From Macrostomum lignano (taxonomy: Eukaryota), in contig NIVC01002682.1 of the NCBI GenBank assembly GCA_002269645.1, positions 1-59,078 on the forward strand: a stretch of 59,078 bases of DNA, in the 5' to 3' direction. How positions within the stretch are numbered: position 1 is the stretch's first letter; every line of letters starts with the position of its first letter. The position numbers and the translations under genes were made by a program. This document shows positions 8,798-19,712 of this stretch, piece after piece. The notes beneath the pieces are model-generated. The model was not told the origin of the DNA. It did not search any database and was given only the letters and a program-made list of their open reading frames with translations.

Positions 8798-11700
8798 CTG
8801 CAATATCCAGTTTTGCCAGAATTGGCTAACTTTGAGTTTCAGCTTGTGCGGTGACTGTGTTAACTTTAAATTTATTTTGGTTTTATTATCTATCACTTTA
8901 AAAGCTACAGCTTGAGTCAGTCAGACTACTCTGTGTTAAAACTGTATCCAAAGACGTTTATTTTATTGAATTTTAACGACGACATCGTTTTACACGCAGG
9001 TACAATCCGATATGAATTGTTCTTCTTTACGTAACTTCCAAATTTCAAGCTCGCTGTGTTTAAATTATTACAAAATTAAAATGATTTCATAGTGAAAGTA
9101 TTAAATCACATTCATTTTAAATTGGCTGTTAAAATTGGAAAAATATGCTTCGAAATTACGATATATAACTGCTGAAAACTCAAAGATTTCCGTCAACAAG
9201 TGTCGCGCGTACTACGTTCATACAAATAATAAAACCAAAACCAACTAGTTAAATAGAACAGTCAGACTTGACACCCTTTCTACTACTTGCGAAACAGTAG
9301 GATACTTGGACATACACGTACAACTATTTCTAAGTCTATGAACTTAAAAAATTGCCTATACCTTAAACCTCGATACTATTAGTATAGTAAATGAAAAACG
9401 AAAATTTAGCATTAACTTTAATAACTTACCCTCAATCTGTGGATACCTGCCCAGTTTTCATCCGCATATCTCCAGCTCAGCAAATTGGTAGCGCTAAAAC
9501 GAAATTAAAAGAGAAAATAATGACGATGATTTTGTTGCTAAGCCTATCCTCATCTACATGTGCCTAAATGAGTTGGCATTGATGAACTATGGCAAAAATG
9601 ATTAAGACCTCAAGCAATTCGCAACAATTTTAAGACATTTTGAATAGCTTTTCAGGTACTTAATAACTGTTAATAGTAAAAGGGCACATGTATTGTTTGG
9701 GATTTTTATGAATGTGCAAATCTGCACTTTTCATATCGACTTTATTAATATTTAATAGATATTGTTAGCTAAATGAGTCGCATGCACAGCTAAAACTGAT
9801 CGAATCAGATTGGGGTGAATTGGTATTTTAGGGTGAAGAATTTATCAAAAAAGTCAACGTGAATCAAGAAGGTCATAAAGGTAGAATATTTGCTGATAAT
9901 ATTGAATATCTGCATACTGGAATGTAACAGCTAATAGGATCACGGAATGTGGGGCAGTACACAGGGACAGAGAAAAACTTTTCATATACAATTAAATGGA
10001 AACGTACAAGAGCATTAAATAGCATAGCTCGTAGAATAATCAAAATGTAACCAGACAGCCCGGACTAAAAAGGTGCTGTCATACAAGTACAGGTAGCCAG
10101 GGAGTTGCAAAAACACATGGAGCGCAGGAATGTGCAGTCAACAGGCCTTCGTATAGAGAGCTTCACCTATTGTGGAATGTCTATAGTGGCATTTGAAATT
10201 TTGTTGCTTATAAAAAACACATTTGAAGCAATATTTATTAAATCTGTAAATTTAAATATGGAATCATTATATGCCGAACTAAATTACTCAGTAGTAAGCG
10301 CCAGTTAATAATAAGCACATTGATTTTTTATCATAGAACAAGCTACGATAAATATTATGAAAAACGTGGTGTATATAGTAGGGGACTAAATCACAATGCA
10401 GGCACAGCCAAGCAGATTTGGGTTGTCTTTAGAAAAAATACATAGCGAGAGAGGTTTACAATTATTGGACTGATTGTGTTTTCAATAACCGAGTTACAAT
10501 AAATGGCTCAGTTCTACAAAAAGATGGATGCATACTAGAGATACTAAAGGATAAATGTCCTCTCAACAACTAAAACTAGCTTATGCATGGCAAATGGAAA
10601 GTTAACAATATAATTTTGTCAAGTTGGTATACTACTCCAAAAAAGTTGTTTGTTGAAGTGGTGGTGAATAAGTCGAATGTGAATCATTTAGAAGTTTTTC
10701 ATATTTTTAATGATAGCTATTAGATACACGTCAATAAATCTAACATCGATACGCTTTGTTTAACACAATATTTTAGTCATTTAATACTTTACACTTAGCT
10801 GATATGCTAGCTCTCTTCTGGAGTACTTTGAGCACACTGAAACTGTGCCTTCTCTTGACGCCAAATTCGACTCAACAATTAGTAAAAAAAATTCTTTAAC
10901 AGTCAAGTCAGTTAGTAAAGCTTGGCATATTTTAAAAGACAAGAAAAAAAGTCACGTACGAGCGTAGAAAAGACGAATCGAGAAAGCGGAGAAACAGAGA
11001 GATGGGAAGTCTTTAAAGAGCGAACGAATGCAGCAGATTTGGACCAATCGATCATTCAGGCGGCGGCACCGGCTGCTCCTGCGGTGGCGGCGGATCCGGA
11101 CCGTCCCAGACTTTGACGCCGCCGCGCCACACCCATTTGCCCTGACGCTTCTTACTATCTGGAACGTGAATCCGAGCTCGACCAGTCTTAACAGTCATGC
11201 CGCTGGCTGTCTCGTCAATGGACAGAATTGGCGCCTGTGGCTGAGGCGGAGGTGCAGGCATCATATTAGGAATGAGGTTGATAGGTAGAGTAGCCTGTGG
11301 CGGATGCGCGGGTCGCCTGAGCGCTACCTCGCCGCCGTCGCCTAGATCGTCTCGCGGCAGAGACGCGTCCCGTGGCAAATTGAGCGATTGGAATGGCAGC
11401 GGCTGTGATTGAGGCGGCTGCTGCTCAAATTGTTGCTCGTACATTTGCTGCTGTGCGATTGCTACACTCCAGTGAGCATTGTTAACAAAAATGGCCCGAA
11501 GAGTTCTGCGCTGATAAAAGAGCAGATAAGCATCCGAAGAGCTAACGGCGGTCATGTCGGACAGAGCTTCAACTTGGCCGTCGTTGAATCGCCACCACTG
11601 ATGATCAGATTGACTCAACGTGAAGGCGGTGTAGTGGCCAGATTGTAGGCTGCCAGTGTGGTTGACTACGCCAACCAGATCGTAGGTGAAATCGGCCGGC

Positions 11701-14700
11701 GTTGCTGACTGCGGAGGCCGGCCAGTGGCAGACAGCGAGTAAGGATTCAGGCGGCCAAGATTCTCCTCGTCAAGGTATTCGGACATGTCCAGCGATTCGA
11801 TAGGAAACTGGACAAAAGCGGCAACCTTGGATTTGCGCGTTCCAGTCTGTTGAAATCGTTTCAATTGAATGACCAACAGATCAGGGCAAGTCCACATTCG
11901 TGAGATTTGTTCAGCTTGTTGAACTCGGCGACAGTTCGGACACATCCAAGAAGCTGGGAAGCCCTGCATGTACTCGGCCAGACAGTCCTGCAAGCTGACT
12001 GGCCTGTCCTGCTGTTGAGCAGCCGCCGTCCGAAGACTAGCGTCGGCTTCAATTTCGTCAACATAAGCGGCAGCGTAGCGCTGTCGTTCGGCGACACCCC
12101 AGACAACTGTGAGCTTAAGATGGCGCGGCCCGCCATCGGCCAGATTAAAGTTCAATGCCCGGTCTACAGCGGGACCAACAAGTGGCGGCGAACGCTGATT
12201 CTGCTGGAGTACAGAGGACTGCGGTGGTCCGTCAACAAGGCGCAGTTCAACATAGACATCGCGCTTATTAGCAATTCGAGCCAGATCTCCAGCCGTTTCC
12301 AGTTCGGTTAGTAGGGCCTCTTTAAGCTCGGCATGAGTACAGTGTACCTGGAGCTGAGTGTGCAACGGGCCAGTAAAGCGGCGCAGCTCTCCGCTGCGGG
12401 TGCGCTCGCAGTGAACGGACACAATGCGAATGTAGCTAAGGTCCTCCTCCTGTGGTCGGATGCCAGCACCGATACCGTCTGGTCGATAGACGGGCTCTGA
12501 GTCGCTCGAGTCAGAATCGTCGCCATCGTCCATGACTGGATTGGGCAGTTGAATAGCATAAAGGCTGCCTGCCTCGCCCAGCTCGCACAACAGCGCCGTA
12601 GAATCCGTGTCGCGGAATGTGCGCCGGAATCCGTTTGGTCCAATTTCGCACAGGAGCAGATGACGGGGATCCTCCAGCTGCCAGCGAGTTGTCAAACTGC
12701 GTCGAAGCTCGCGCACAGAACCATCGGCAGCAACTTCCAAGCCGAATCGAGTCTGACGGCCGCGCTCGTCAGCTAGTACGATAGTGAGCGCTCGAGTTGT
12801 GCCTACAGGAATTGGCAGAGACAAGCAAGTGATAGGCTCCGTAGTGCTGGTGGTGAAGCTGCATCCGGGACACTGCAGTCGATTGCGTTGGTAACCATAG
12901 AACAGCTGGTAGACAACAGAACGGTTTCTTTGAGCGTGGTCCTCGGCAAAAGTGGCACTATCGGCATTGACAGAAGGCGGTAGCGGCGGCTTCTGTTTAG
13001 CCTTTGGCTGTCTTTTATAGCCATTGAGCTCATCGTGGAGATGATCCAGCAGCAGCAGCATGAACTCATGGGCGTCCTGTTGGTCCCGCAGAGCCAGCTC
13101 CGGTCGAGTCTGAGCAACAATCTGACGAAGATTGTCAGACAGCTGAGGCTGATAGTTGCCAAACCAAAGCGACTTTAGTAGCTGAGCGAATGCCTCGGTG
13201 AGTTCAGTGCGATATTCGTGTGGGATGGGGCGGCCTTTTTTATCAACTGTGCCCGCGTATAGATCTTGTAGGTATAGCTCGGACGCAAAGTAGTGCGCCA
13301 GCGGGTCAACATGGCAGATGCATTGCACTATGGCATTCATGTAGCAACTATTGCCGTGATTAACAATGCCAACTAAGCCAGGACCGAAATTATCAACTGG
13401 TACGCCGCTGGCGGATGGCTGGCTGGCAGCGGTGGTGCCATGGAACGATTGAGACTGTTGCGGCTTGCTTGCTGCAGCAGCGACTGCGGCATTAGGCAAC
13501 ATAGGAGCAGCGGATGTGATAACAGCTCCGCTGGTGGATCCGCTCGCATTTACCGGTTGATTGCGAGGCAGAGACGAAGATCGCAACTGCTGCTGCGCCT
13601 GCGCTGGTTGGGGAGGCGGTAGAGTAGGCGAAGGCAGTTGCTTCGGTGACGGCACCGTTTGAGGCAAAGCGTGAGAGCGCGGTTTCGGCTGTGGTGGCGC
13701 AGGCTGTGTCTGTGGCGGCGGCGCCTGGGAAGGCATTGGCTGCACTGATGGGGGCGGCTCTTTCTGCAGTGGTGGCTGCGCTACTGGCGGCGGTGGCACT
13801 GGCGGCGATGAAGCAGAGTCCCTATCCTTGTCTTTTTTCTTTTTCTTCTCTCTGTCTTTGTCTTTCTCTTTCTTATCTTTTTTCTTGCCCTTAGGCTTCG
13901 GTGCAACTGGCGGCGGCTGCTGAGGCGGTTGAATATTGTCGCCATCCAAATCGGACGAGTTTCTATTTGCTGATTCGGCAGGTGGCTGGCGCATCACTAT
14001 ATTAGGATTTCGCTTAGCCGAGCTGGCCTCCTTGCCCGGGGCTGCTCCGGGTCGAACAGCTGTATGAGCAGATTGGTCTTGCATGCGATCAGCCATGATT
14101 TGCAGGCCAGATAGCGAGTTGCAGTCGAGAGAAAAGAAAGAAGATTGACTGAATCAGATGCTTGAATACAGAAGCAGATTATTGAATACCACGGTTGGCA
14201 CAGTGATCAAACGAAAAAATACACAGCACTGCAAACCAAATAGACTGATTCACAAAAGCAGAGTTGTAGAAGAAGAGTTCAGCAGTCAGCAAATTACCAG
14301 TTTGGTACTGTCTAGACTGTCGCCTTTGCAGCACTGCTGGCAGGCTTGATCCAACTGAGACAGGCCGAACTGCTTCAATTGCGAGCAGGAGGAGCACTCT
14401 AGAGCACTAGTGAAGCCAGACTGCTTGCATTGGTCAGGGCTCAGAATCTGGCACTGGAGCACTGCCTGTGAGGTGAAAAAAATGGGTAAAAAAATTGTTT
14501 TGAACTTCATTTAGTATTTTTTTGCCAACTTAATGAAGATAATAATTAGCAATGGAATCAAACTACGTTTTATTTCAGATTGAAAATGCTATAGTGCCAA
14601 CTTAAACCTTGGCTTTGTAAATATAAATTTCATTAACTTACTCACTCTTTAAGGTTTGATATTTTCTATCAAATCTTTTTCTAAAAAATCAATCTAATAA

Positions 14701-17038
14701 ATTTTAATGCAAGCATAAAATAGTACTATTTATTTATTATATATGTTGCTAATTTTTTTGTAAGTCAGCACATTTATACTTGCTTCCCCCTCATTCCTTT
14801 TTGTATCTACCTAGCTTAATTTACACCTTATCTTTAATTGCGCAATGCCTCAACCCCAATATGTATATCATTCTATTATTCCACCTATCTTTTATCTATC
14901 TCTCTGATTAAAACCTAATATTTAATACCTTGCTTCTTTTATCTGTGGAACAAAAAATTATTAATTAACAAACTTGTTTATTTACACTTTTTTCATAAGC
15001 TCCTTAGCTCTTACAGGGGTCACTTTAAAAAATTACAAACAAATTTCAATTGAGCATTTTTATCACTTATTGTATTCAAAGTTATAACAATATATAATGA
15101 ATATAGTAAGTCTACTAGTCTTTGATTATTATATAAACAAAATTATTTTATTGATAACTTTTAATTATGAGTTTAAACATGCACTTAGATAACCAAATAG
15201 AATATTATTAGGCTAGGAGTATGGATTGACTTATAAATACTATTCAAATATAGTAATTGGATACCACTTTATAGTTTACTATTTTGTCCTTTTTAATATA
15301 AAAATTATTTTTACTTTTATATTATTAGGTTTTACTTGGAAAAAATATTGAATTTTCAAATAATATTCAATGGAATAAAATACAATTTTACAAATATTAA
15401 CTTTACAATATTTACCAAATGACTAAAATGGAATATAAGTTAAATTCATATGAAAGATTCATAGCCAAAGATCTAAAAGATAAATAGGCCTCCTTAATAT
15501 TATTTTTTGTCATAGGTTATTTAATAAAATTAAAACTTTACCTTTATTACTTATTAAGTCTATTTTTATATTTAACTAAATATTATAAAAATGTTTATTA
15601 GAGGGCTTAAAAATTCTTAGTATACTAGGTCTAAGACTATTAGTGAAAAACAATAATATGCTAGACTTTCTAACATTAGCAAAAATGCATTCTTTGGTTT
15701 GGACTATAGTATTTACTAATCTAATTTGTATAAATTAGGAAAAAAATAAGGTTAAATAGGACTATGGCCATAAGATATATTTATTTTAAAAGCATAAATT
15801 ATAAATTATAGTAAAATTATAATAAAATTTACTTTAATTTCAAAAACAAAAAGCTATAAAACATCTCAATAAACTATACCCAAAAACTGTTAATTTATCA
15901 TTAAACTTTGTATATCATTAGAACTTTAGAACCAAAAATGAATTTTTGCAACATTTTTCAAAGCAAAAGGCAGTACAAATCATTTGAATTGTCTTGTCCG
16001 AACTAGGCCTAGATAAAATAAGATAGGCCTAATCATTACACTAACATGATATGCATAGTACCCAATTTGTTAGACTACAATGATGATTTTACAGCAACAA
16101 TTTATAGTTTAAAAAGCCTGATTCCGACTGCCTACACTATGTGTTATTTTTATTTTAAATAATCTATATTTGCTTGTATTGTGGTTGTGGGTTGCGACAA
16201 AATAAGACAAAGCAGAATGTGAGCTTCTGAGAAAACGTAATACGTTTTCTACACTTAAGAACAACGAAAGCGAAAGTCATAGCCAAACAGATAGATGCAA
16301 TAAGTTCCTTACCGCTTGCAAAACGATTAAAAACGCAGTAACAACCTGCATAAGGCGGAAATGAGAAAGCTCAATACAAAATTACTCGGAAACACAATAA
16401 TTTTAAAAGTGTGCCCTTATATTGAGAAGTAACCAAACTGATAAATAGTATTATAACAAGTACCTTAAAAATAAAAGCAGACAAATTAACACAACAATCC
16501 AATAGTTTAAAATAATCTTAAAATTAAACGTGCGCATTTTTGAAGACGTTTTTTAAAATTTGTTAGCTAAATTTAATTTAAAGAATTTTTGCAGTAGAAA
16601 TTTACAAGAAATAGTTAATTTATTTTCTCAACTGATTTAGACTAGGCCTAAGAAAGCCGCTTGAGGTTTAATACAACGAAATTAAAATAGAAGTGGCCGT
16701 TTAAAATTGTAAATCTACCATATTACCTTATTTTTGACGCTATATTCAGAACACCGAATTTCAAAAAGTATACGCCTAAACTAAACGGAAAACGTGAAAA
16801 TCGACATCTGCTGATCTGATGCTGATGCTGATAATGAACTTTTTTGTGTAGGCCTGCATAAATTCGTTTAGTACTTATGGACGTGTGGTGGTGTGTCTTT
16901 ATAATAACGCGTATGAATTCATTAGAGGCTACTTTATTTATGTATTTAACTCTACAGTATTTCTGTAAAAAATAGAGGCCTAGCACCAACCAACCAAGCA
17001 GTGGCAAGCACTGCAGCAGCAGCAGTATCTAGATGCAT
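8622..17038 (-). CDS. SELENOF: Selenoprotein F (Sep15); exons 17038-16991 (tentative), 14465-14298, 9493-9430, 8797-8622
   Basis: Spliced translation ...QCKQSGFTSALECSSCSQLKQFGLSQLDQACQQCC...STKL|RYQFAELEICGUKLGRYPQIE|AFIKSNRPSQFPGLSIKYKRGAEPVIRL...IDRWDTDTLEEFLR* matches the Sep15 Cys-rich N-terminus and CGU redox motif. GT/AG boundaries with consistent phases (0, 0, 1); UGA at 9460-9458; SECIS present. Confidence 0.92.
9430..9493 (-). CDS. SELENOF: SELENOF exon 3 containing the Sec codon (CGU motif)
   Basis: ttttag|CGC TAC CAA TTT GCT GAG CTG GAG ATA TGC GGA TGA AAA CTG GGC AGG TAT CCA CAG ATT GAG G|gtaagt. Confidence 0.92.
11052..14096 (-). CDS. USP31: Ubiquitin-specific protease, USP31/USP43-like (1014 aa, single exon)
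   Basis: Cys box GIVNHGNSCYMNAIVQC, QQDAHEFMLLLLDHLHDELN, CPGC...EPITCLSLPIP, insertion with LCEIGPNGFRRTFRDTD (USP31/43-type), His box YDLVGVVNHTGSLQSGHYTAF, WWRFND, AYLLFY. Confidence 0.9.
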   Translation of the reverse strand: MADRMQDQSAHTAVRPGAAPGKEASSAKRNPNIVMRQPPAESANRNSSDLDGDNIQPPQQPPPVAPKPKGKKKDKKEKDKDREKKKKKDKDRDSASSPPVPPPPVAQPPLQKEPPPSVQPMPSQAPPPQTQPAPPQPKPRSHALPQTVPSPKQLPSPTLPPPQPAQAQQQLRSSSLPRNQPVNASGSTSGAVITSAAPMLPNAAVAAAASKPQQSQSFHGTTAASQPSASGVPVDNFGPGLVGIVNHGNSCYMNAIVQCICHVDPLAHYFASELYLQDLYAGTVDKKGRPIPHEYRTELTEAFAQLLKSLWFGNYQPQLSDNLRQIVAQTRPELALRDQQDAHEFMLLLLDHLHDELNGYKRQPKAKQKPPLPPSVNADSATFAEDHAQRNRSVVYQLFYGYQRNRLQCPGCSFTTSTTEPITCLSLPIPVGTTRALTIVLADERGRQTRFGLEVAADGSVRELRRSLTTRWQLEDPRHLLLCEIGPNGFRRTFRDTDSTALLCELGEAGSLYAIQLPNPVMDDGDDSDSSDSEPVYRPDGIGAGIRPQEEDLSYIRIVSVHCERTRSGELRRFTGPLHTQLQVHCTHAELKEALLTELETAGDLARIANKRDVYVELRLVDGPPQSSVLQQNQRSPPLVGPAVDRALNFNLADGGPRHLKLTVVWGVAERQRYAAAYVDEIEADASLRTAAAQQQDRPVSLQDCLAEYMQGFPASWMCPNCRRVQQAEQISRMWTCPDLLVIQLKRFQQTGTRKSKVAAFVQFPIESLDMSEYLDEENLGRLNPYSLSATGRPPQSATPADFTYDLVGVVNHTGSLQSGHYTAFTLSQSDHQWWRFNDGQVEALSDMTAVSSSDAYLLFYQRRTLRAIFVNNAHWSVAIAQQQMYEQQFEQQPPQSQPLPFQSLNLPRDASLPRDDLGDGGEVALRRPAHPPQATLPINLIPNMMPAPPPQPQAPILSIDETASGMTVKTGRARIHVPDSKKRQGKWVWRGGVKVWDGPDPPPPQEQPVPPPE
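14298..14465 (-). CDS. SELENOF: SELENOF exon 2 (Cys-rich UGGT-binding domain)
   Basis: CxxxGF-x-LxCSSC...C..CC pattern; pyrimidine tract plus CAG acceptor; GTAATT donor. Confidence 0.9.
16991..17038 (-). CDS. SELENOF: Candidate SELENOF exon 1 (signal peptide MHLDTAAAAVLATAWL)
   Basis: ATG, 16 hydrophobic codons and a GTTGGT donor in phase 0, matching the cacctcacag acceptor at 14466. The joined sequence gives a plausible signal peptide. Confidence 0.5.
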
Positions 17039-17664
17039 TAGTGTTATAATGTGCTTAGTCATTTCGCCTGCAGACAGTTGAACCAAAAGAAAATGCTAAT
17101 AAAAAGTGAAATTTCATTCAAATTGTTATATTTATACTAGAAGTAATTACTTTTTGTACTTGTAGTTTTTACTTATTGATAGGCCCATGGCCTAGGCTAA
17201 ATTTTTTTTATATATCATAGAAAATTAGACATAGGGAAAGTTATCTTTGACTTGTCTTTGATATCCTAAGACATTAATATAATAGGCTTAGATCATAGCA
17301 ACAGGCATAGACACCTGACATTGTCCTAAAGGGCATATATATGTAATCATCCATCAATATAGGCCTACCTAATATAGCTGGTATACAAAGTGTGACAACT
17401 AAGTCTAAGGTCTAAGGCTAATTTTTTCATAAAAAATTATAACATTGAGTTGAGTAGTATGTTTTTTTGTATTTTCCTGATAAATACCATGTACTATATA
17501 AGTCTATATACTATTTAAGCAATGCTTGTTTTATAGCTAGGCCTATACAAATCCTATATATATTTTTCATAGTTTGGATTTTGTATTAGTATATATATAT
17601 ATATATATCCACACTCTAGATCATGTAGTATACACCCAAAAATTCAAGTGTGCATTGGCCTTGC

Positions 17665-18325
17665 AGGCTTGCATACCATATATGCACATTAGTTAGTCAA
17701 GTTGGCTGATCTGGCTAACCAATTTGATAGCCAACCCAGGTAAGTTGCAAAAATGCCCATCCAAATAAATACCAAAGAAGTACTAAGGCCTAAATGATAA
17801 GGCATTTTGCTAATAGGCCTAAGAAGACAGTCATAATTACTCCTGCCATTTATTTCAAGTTGCATTAATTTTGCTTTAAGACTTCTTTTCTTATATGTAA
17901 GTCACATTTTTGGCCAAAAACTATGTTGCATTTTTGTTAAAACTAAGTTGCATGGCCAATGGAATTTTGGAGGTTCTGCATATATGTTGCATGCCAGAAG
18001 TAGACATGCACAGTTGGCATACATGCGCAACCTCCAAAATTTGGTCGGCCGTGCAACTTAGTTTTAACAAAAATGCGACGTACTTTTTGGCTAAAAATGT
18101 AACATGTAAAAAACCCTAAAGCAAAATTAATGCAACTTTGGGTAAACGTCAGGAGTAACTATGACTGTCTTATTAAGCCAAAATGCCTCGTCAGCTACTT
18201 AGTACTACTACTTGGGTGTTTTTTTGGGTGAGTGTTTTTGCAACTTCTTTGGTTGGCCACCAAATTGGTCGGCCAGATCGGCCGACTCGGCCGACTGTTG
18301 CGCATGTATGACAGTTGGCATGTAT
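17665..18325. mobile_element. About 660-bp imperfect palindrome (foldback/MITE-like), centre near 18000
   Basis: tttttgttaaaactaagttgcatggcc (17931-17957) pairs with ggccgtgcaacttagttttaacaaaaa (18047-18073); agacagtcataattactcctg (about 17826) pairs with caggagtaactatgactgtct (about 18150); homology continues out to about 17665/18325. Confidence 0.75.
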
Positions 18326-18641
18326 CAATCTTAAGAAAAAAGTATACCTGCACAAGAGTTATTGTAAAATAGAAAAGAGATGAAAAAAGGTTCATTTTTG
18401 AGCAGAAATTTCAAGCCTTCTGGTTTTTTCAAACTCTGAACCATTTTCTACTATAAATAATATTGCCAAAAAAGCATAAGAATCAACCAGATTGTCTGCT
18501 AAAAAGGGTTGCAATGTAAAAAAGGTCATTTATTGTTGCAACACTGGCATATTTTTTAGAATGGGTGTGAACTAAATTTTTTTGGTGTGTATTTGTAATT
18601 ATTTAATTTTGTTTTGGCATGCACCCAGCATAATGTGGACT

Positions 18642-19712
18642 CAAGGATGACTTAAGTAGAATGATGGGAAACCTTGTTTCTTAGAAAATTTTAGAAGGCA
18701 GGTTTTCCCTAGTCTTCAGAGTCAGGTGCGAATTTGCGCCTGGTGCAAAAGGGATATCAACTTAAGCACCAAAATTGAGCCCGAAGTTCAGCTCCAGCCC
18801 AAACCGACTGCAATCGATAACTTGTCGGCCCAGATGACTAGAATCGCCGAGACATCCCATCCGGCTCCCTTCCTTGGGGTCCCAGGGGATAAAGGGGATA
18901 AAATGGGGATCTCATGTCAACTTAAGGCTCTGGAATGGAGCCCGAAGTTCAGCTCCGGACCAAACCGACTGCAATCGATAACTTGTCGGCCCAGACGACT
19001 AGAATCGCCGAGACATCCCATCTGGCTCCCTTCCTTGGGGTCCCAGGGGATAAAGTGGATAAAATAGGGATCTCGTGTCAACTTAAGGCTCTGGAATGGA
19101 GCCCAAAGTTCAGCTCCGGCCCAAACCAACTGCAATCGATAACTTGTCGGCCCAGACGACTAGAATCGCCGAGACATCCCATCCGGCTCCCTTCCTTGGG
19201 GTCCCAGGGGATAAAGGGGATAAAATGGGGATCTCATGTCAACTTAAGGCTCTGGAATGGAGCCCGAAGTTCAGCTCCAGCCCAAACCGACTGCAATCAA
19301 TAACTTGTCGGCCCAGACGACTAGAATCGCCGAGACATCCCATCCGGCTCCCTTCCTTGGGGTCCCAGGGGATAAAGGGGATAAAATGGGGATCTCATGT
19401 CAACTTAAGGCTCTGGAATGGAGCCCGAAGTTCAGCTCCGGCCCAAACCGACTGCAATCGATAACTTGAATTGCAGCCAAATTTGTGTTGATGTTTGCGA
19501 ATTCAATTATTTTGTTGGAAGTACATATATTTGATATACATCTTGGCAGTAGCAAATGCAGGGGAGAGGGCTTTGCTGGCTGGAGCCAAGGATGACTAAA
19601 GTAACGTACATATAGGACTCAAGACTCAACTTTTGTGGAAAATTTGTTGGAGGCTTTCAATGAAATTCTCACCAATTCTGAGTTTTGCATCCTTCTACTT
19701 AAGTAGTCCTTG
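18642..19712. mobile_element. Non-autonomous TIR element (about 1.07 kb) carrying an internal 161-bp satellite
   Basis: Left tcaaggatgacttaagtagaatgatg vs reverse complement of right end tcaaggactacttaagtagaaggatg (23/26 identical). Termini CAAGG...CCTTG flanked by ACT on both sides (candidate 3-bp TSD). Confidence 0.6.
18777..19468. repeat. 161-bp tandem repeat, about 4.3 copies
   Basis: gagccc(g/a)aagttcagctcc recurs at 18777, 18938, 19099, 19260 and 19421 with very few differences. Confidence 0.95.

Noticed and set aside
14466-14510. MKFKTIFLPIFFTSQ as the Sep15 N-terminus (ORF track start)
   Set aside because: The sequence is a T/C tract ending in CAG, more like an intron acceptor. It is not fully excluded as an alternative start.
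18726-19469. Repeated 70-122-aa ORFs
   Set aside because: By-products of the 161-bp repeat, whose period is not a multiple of 3.
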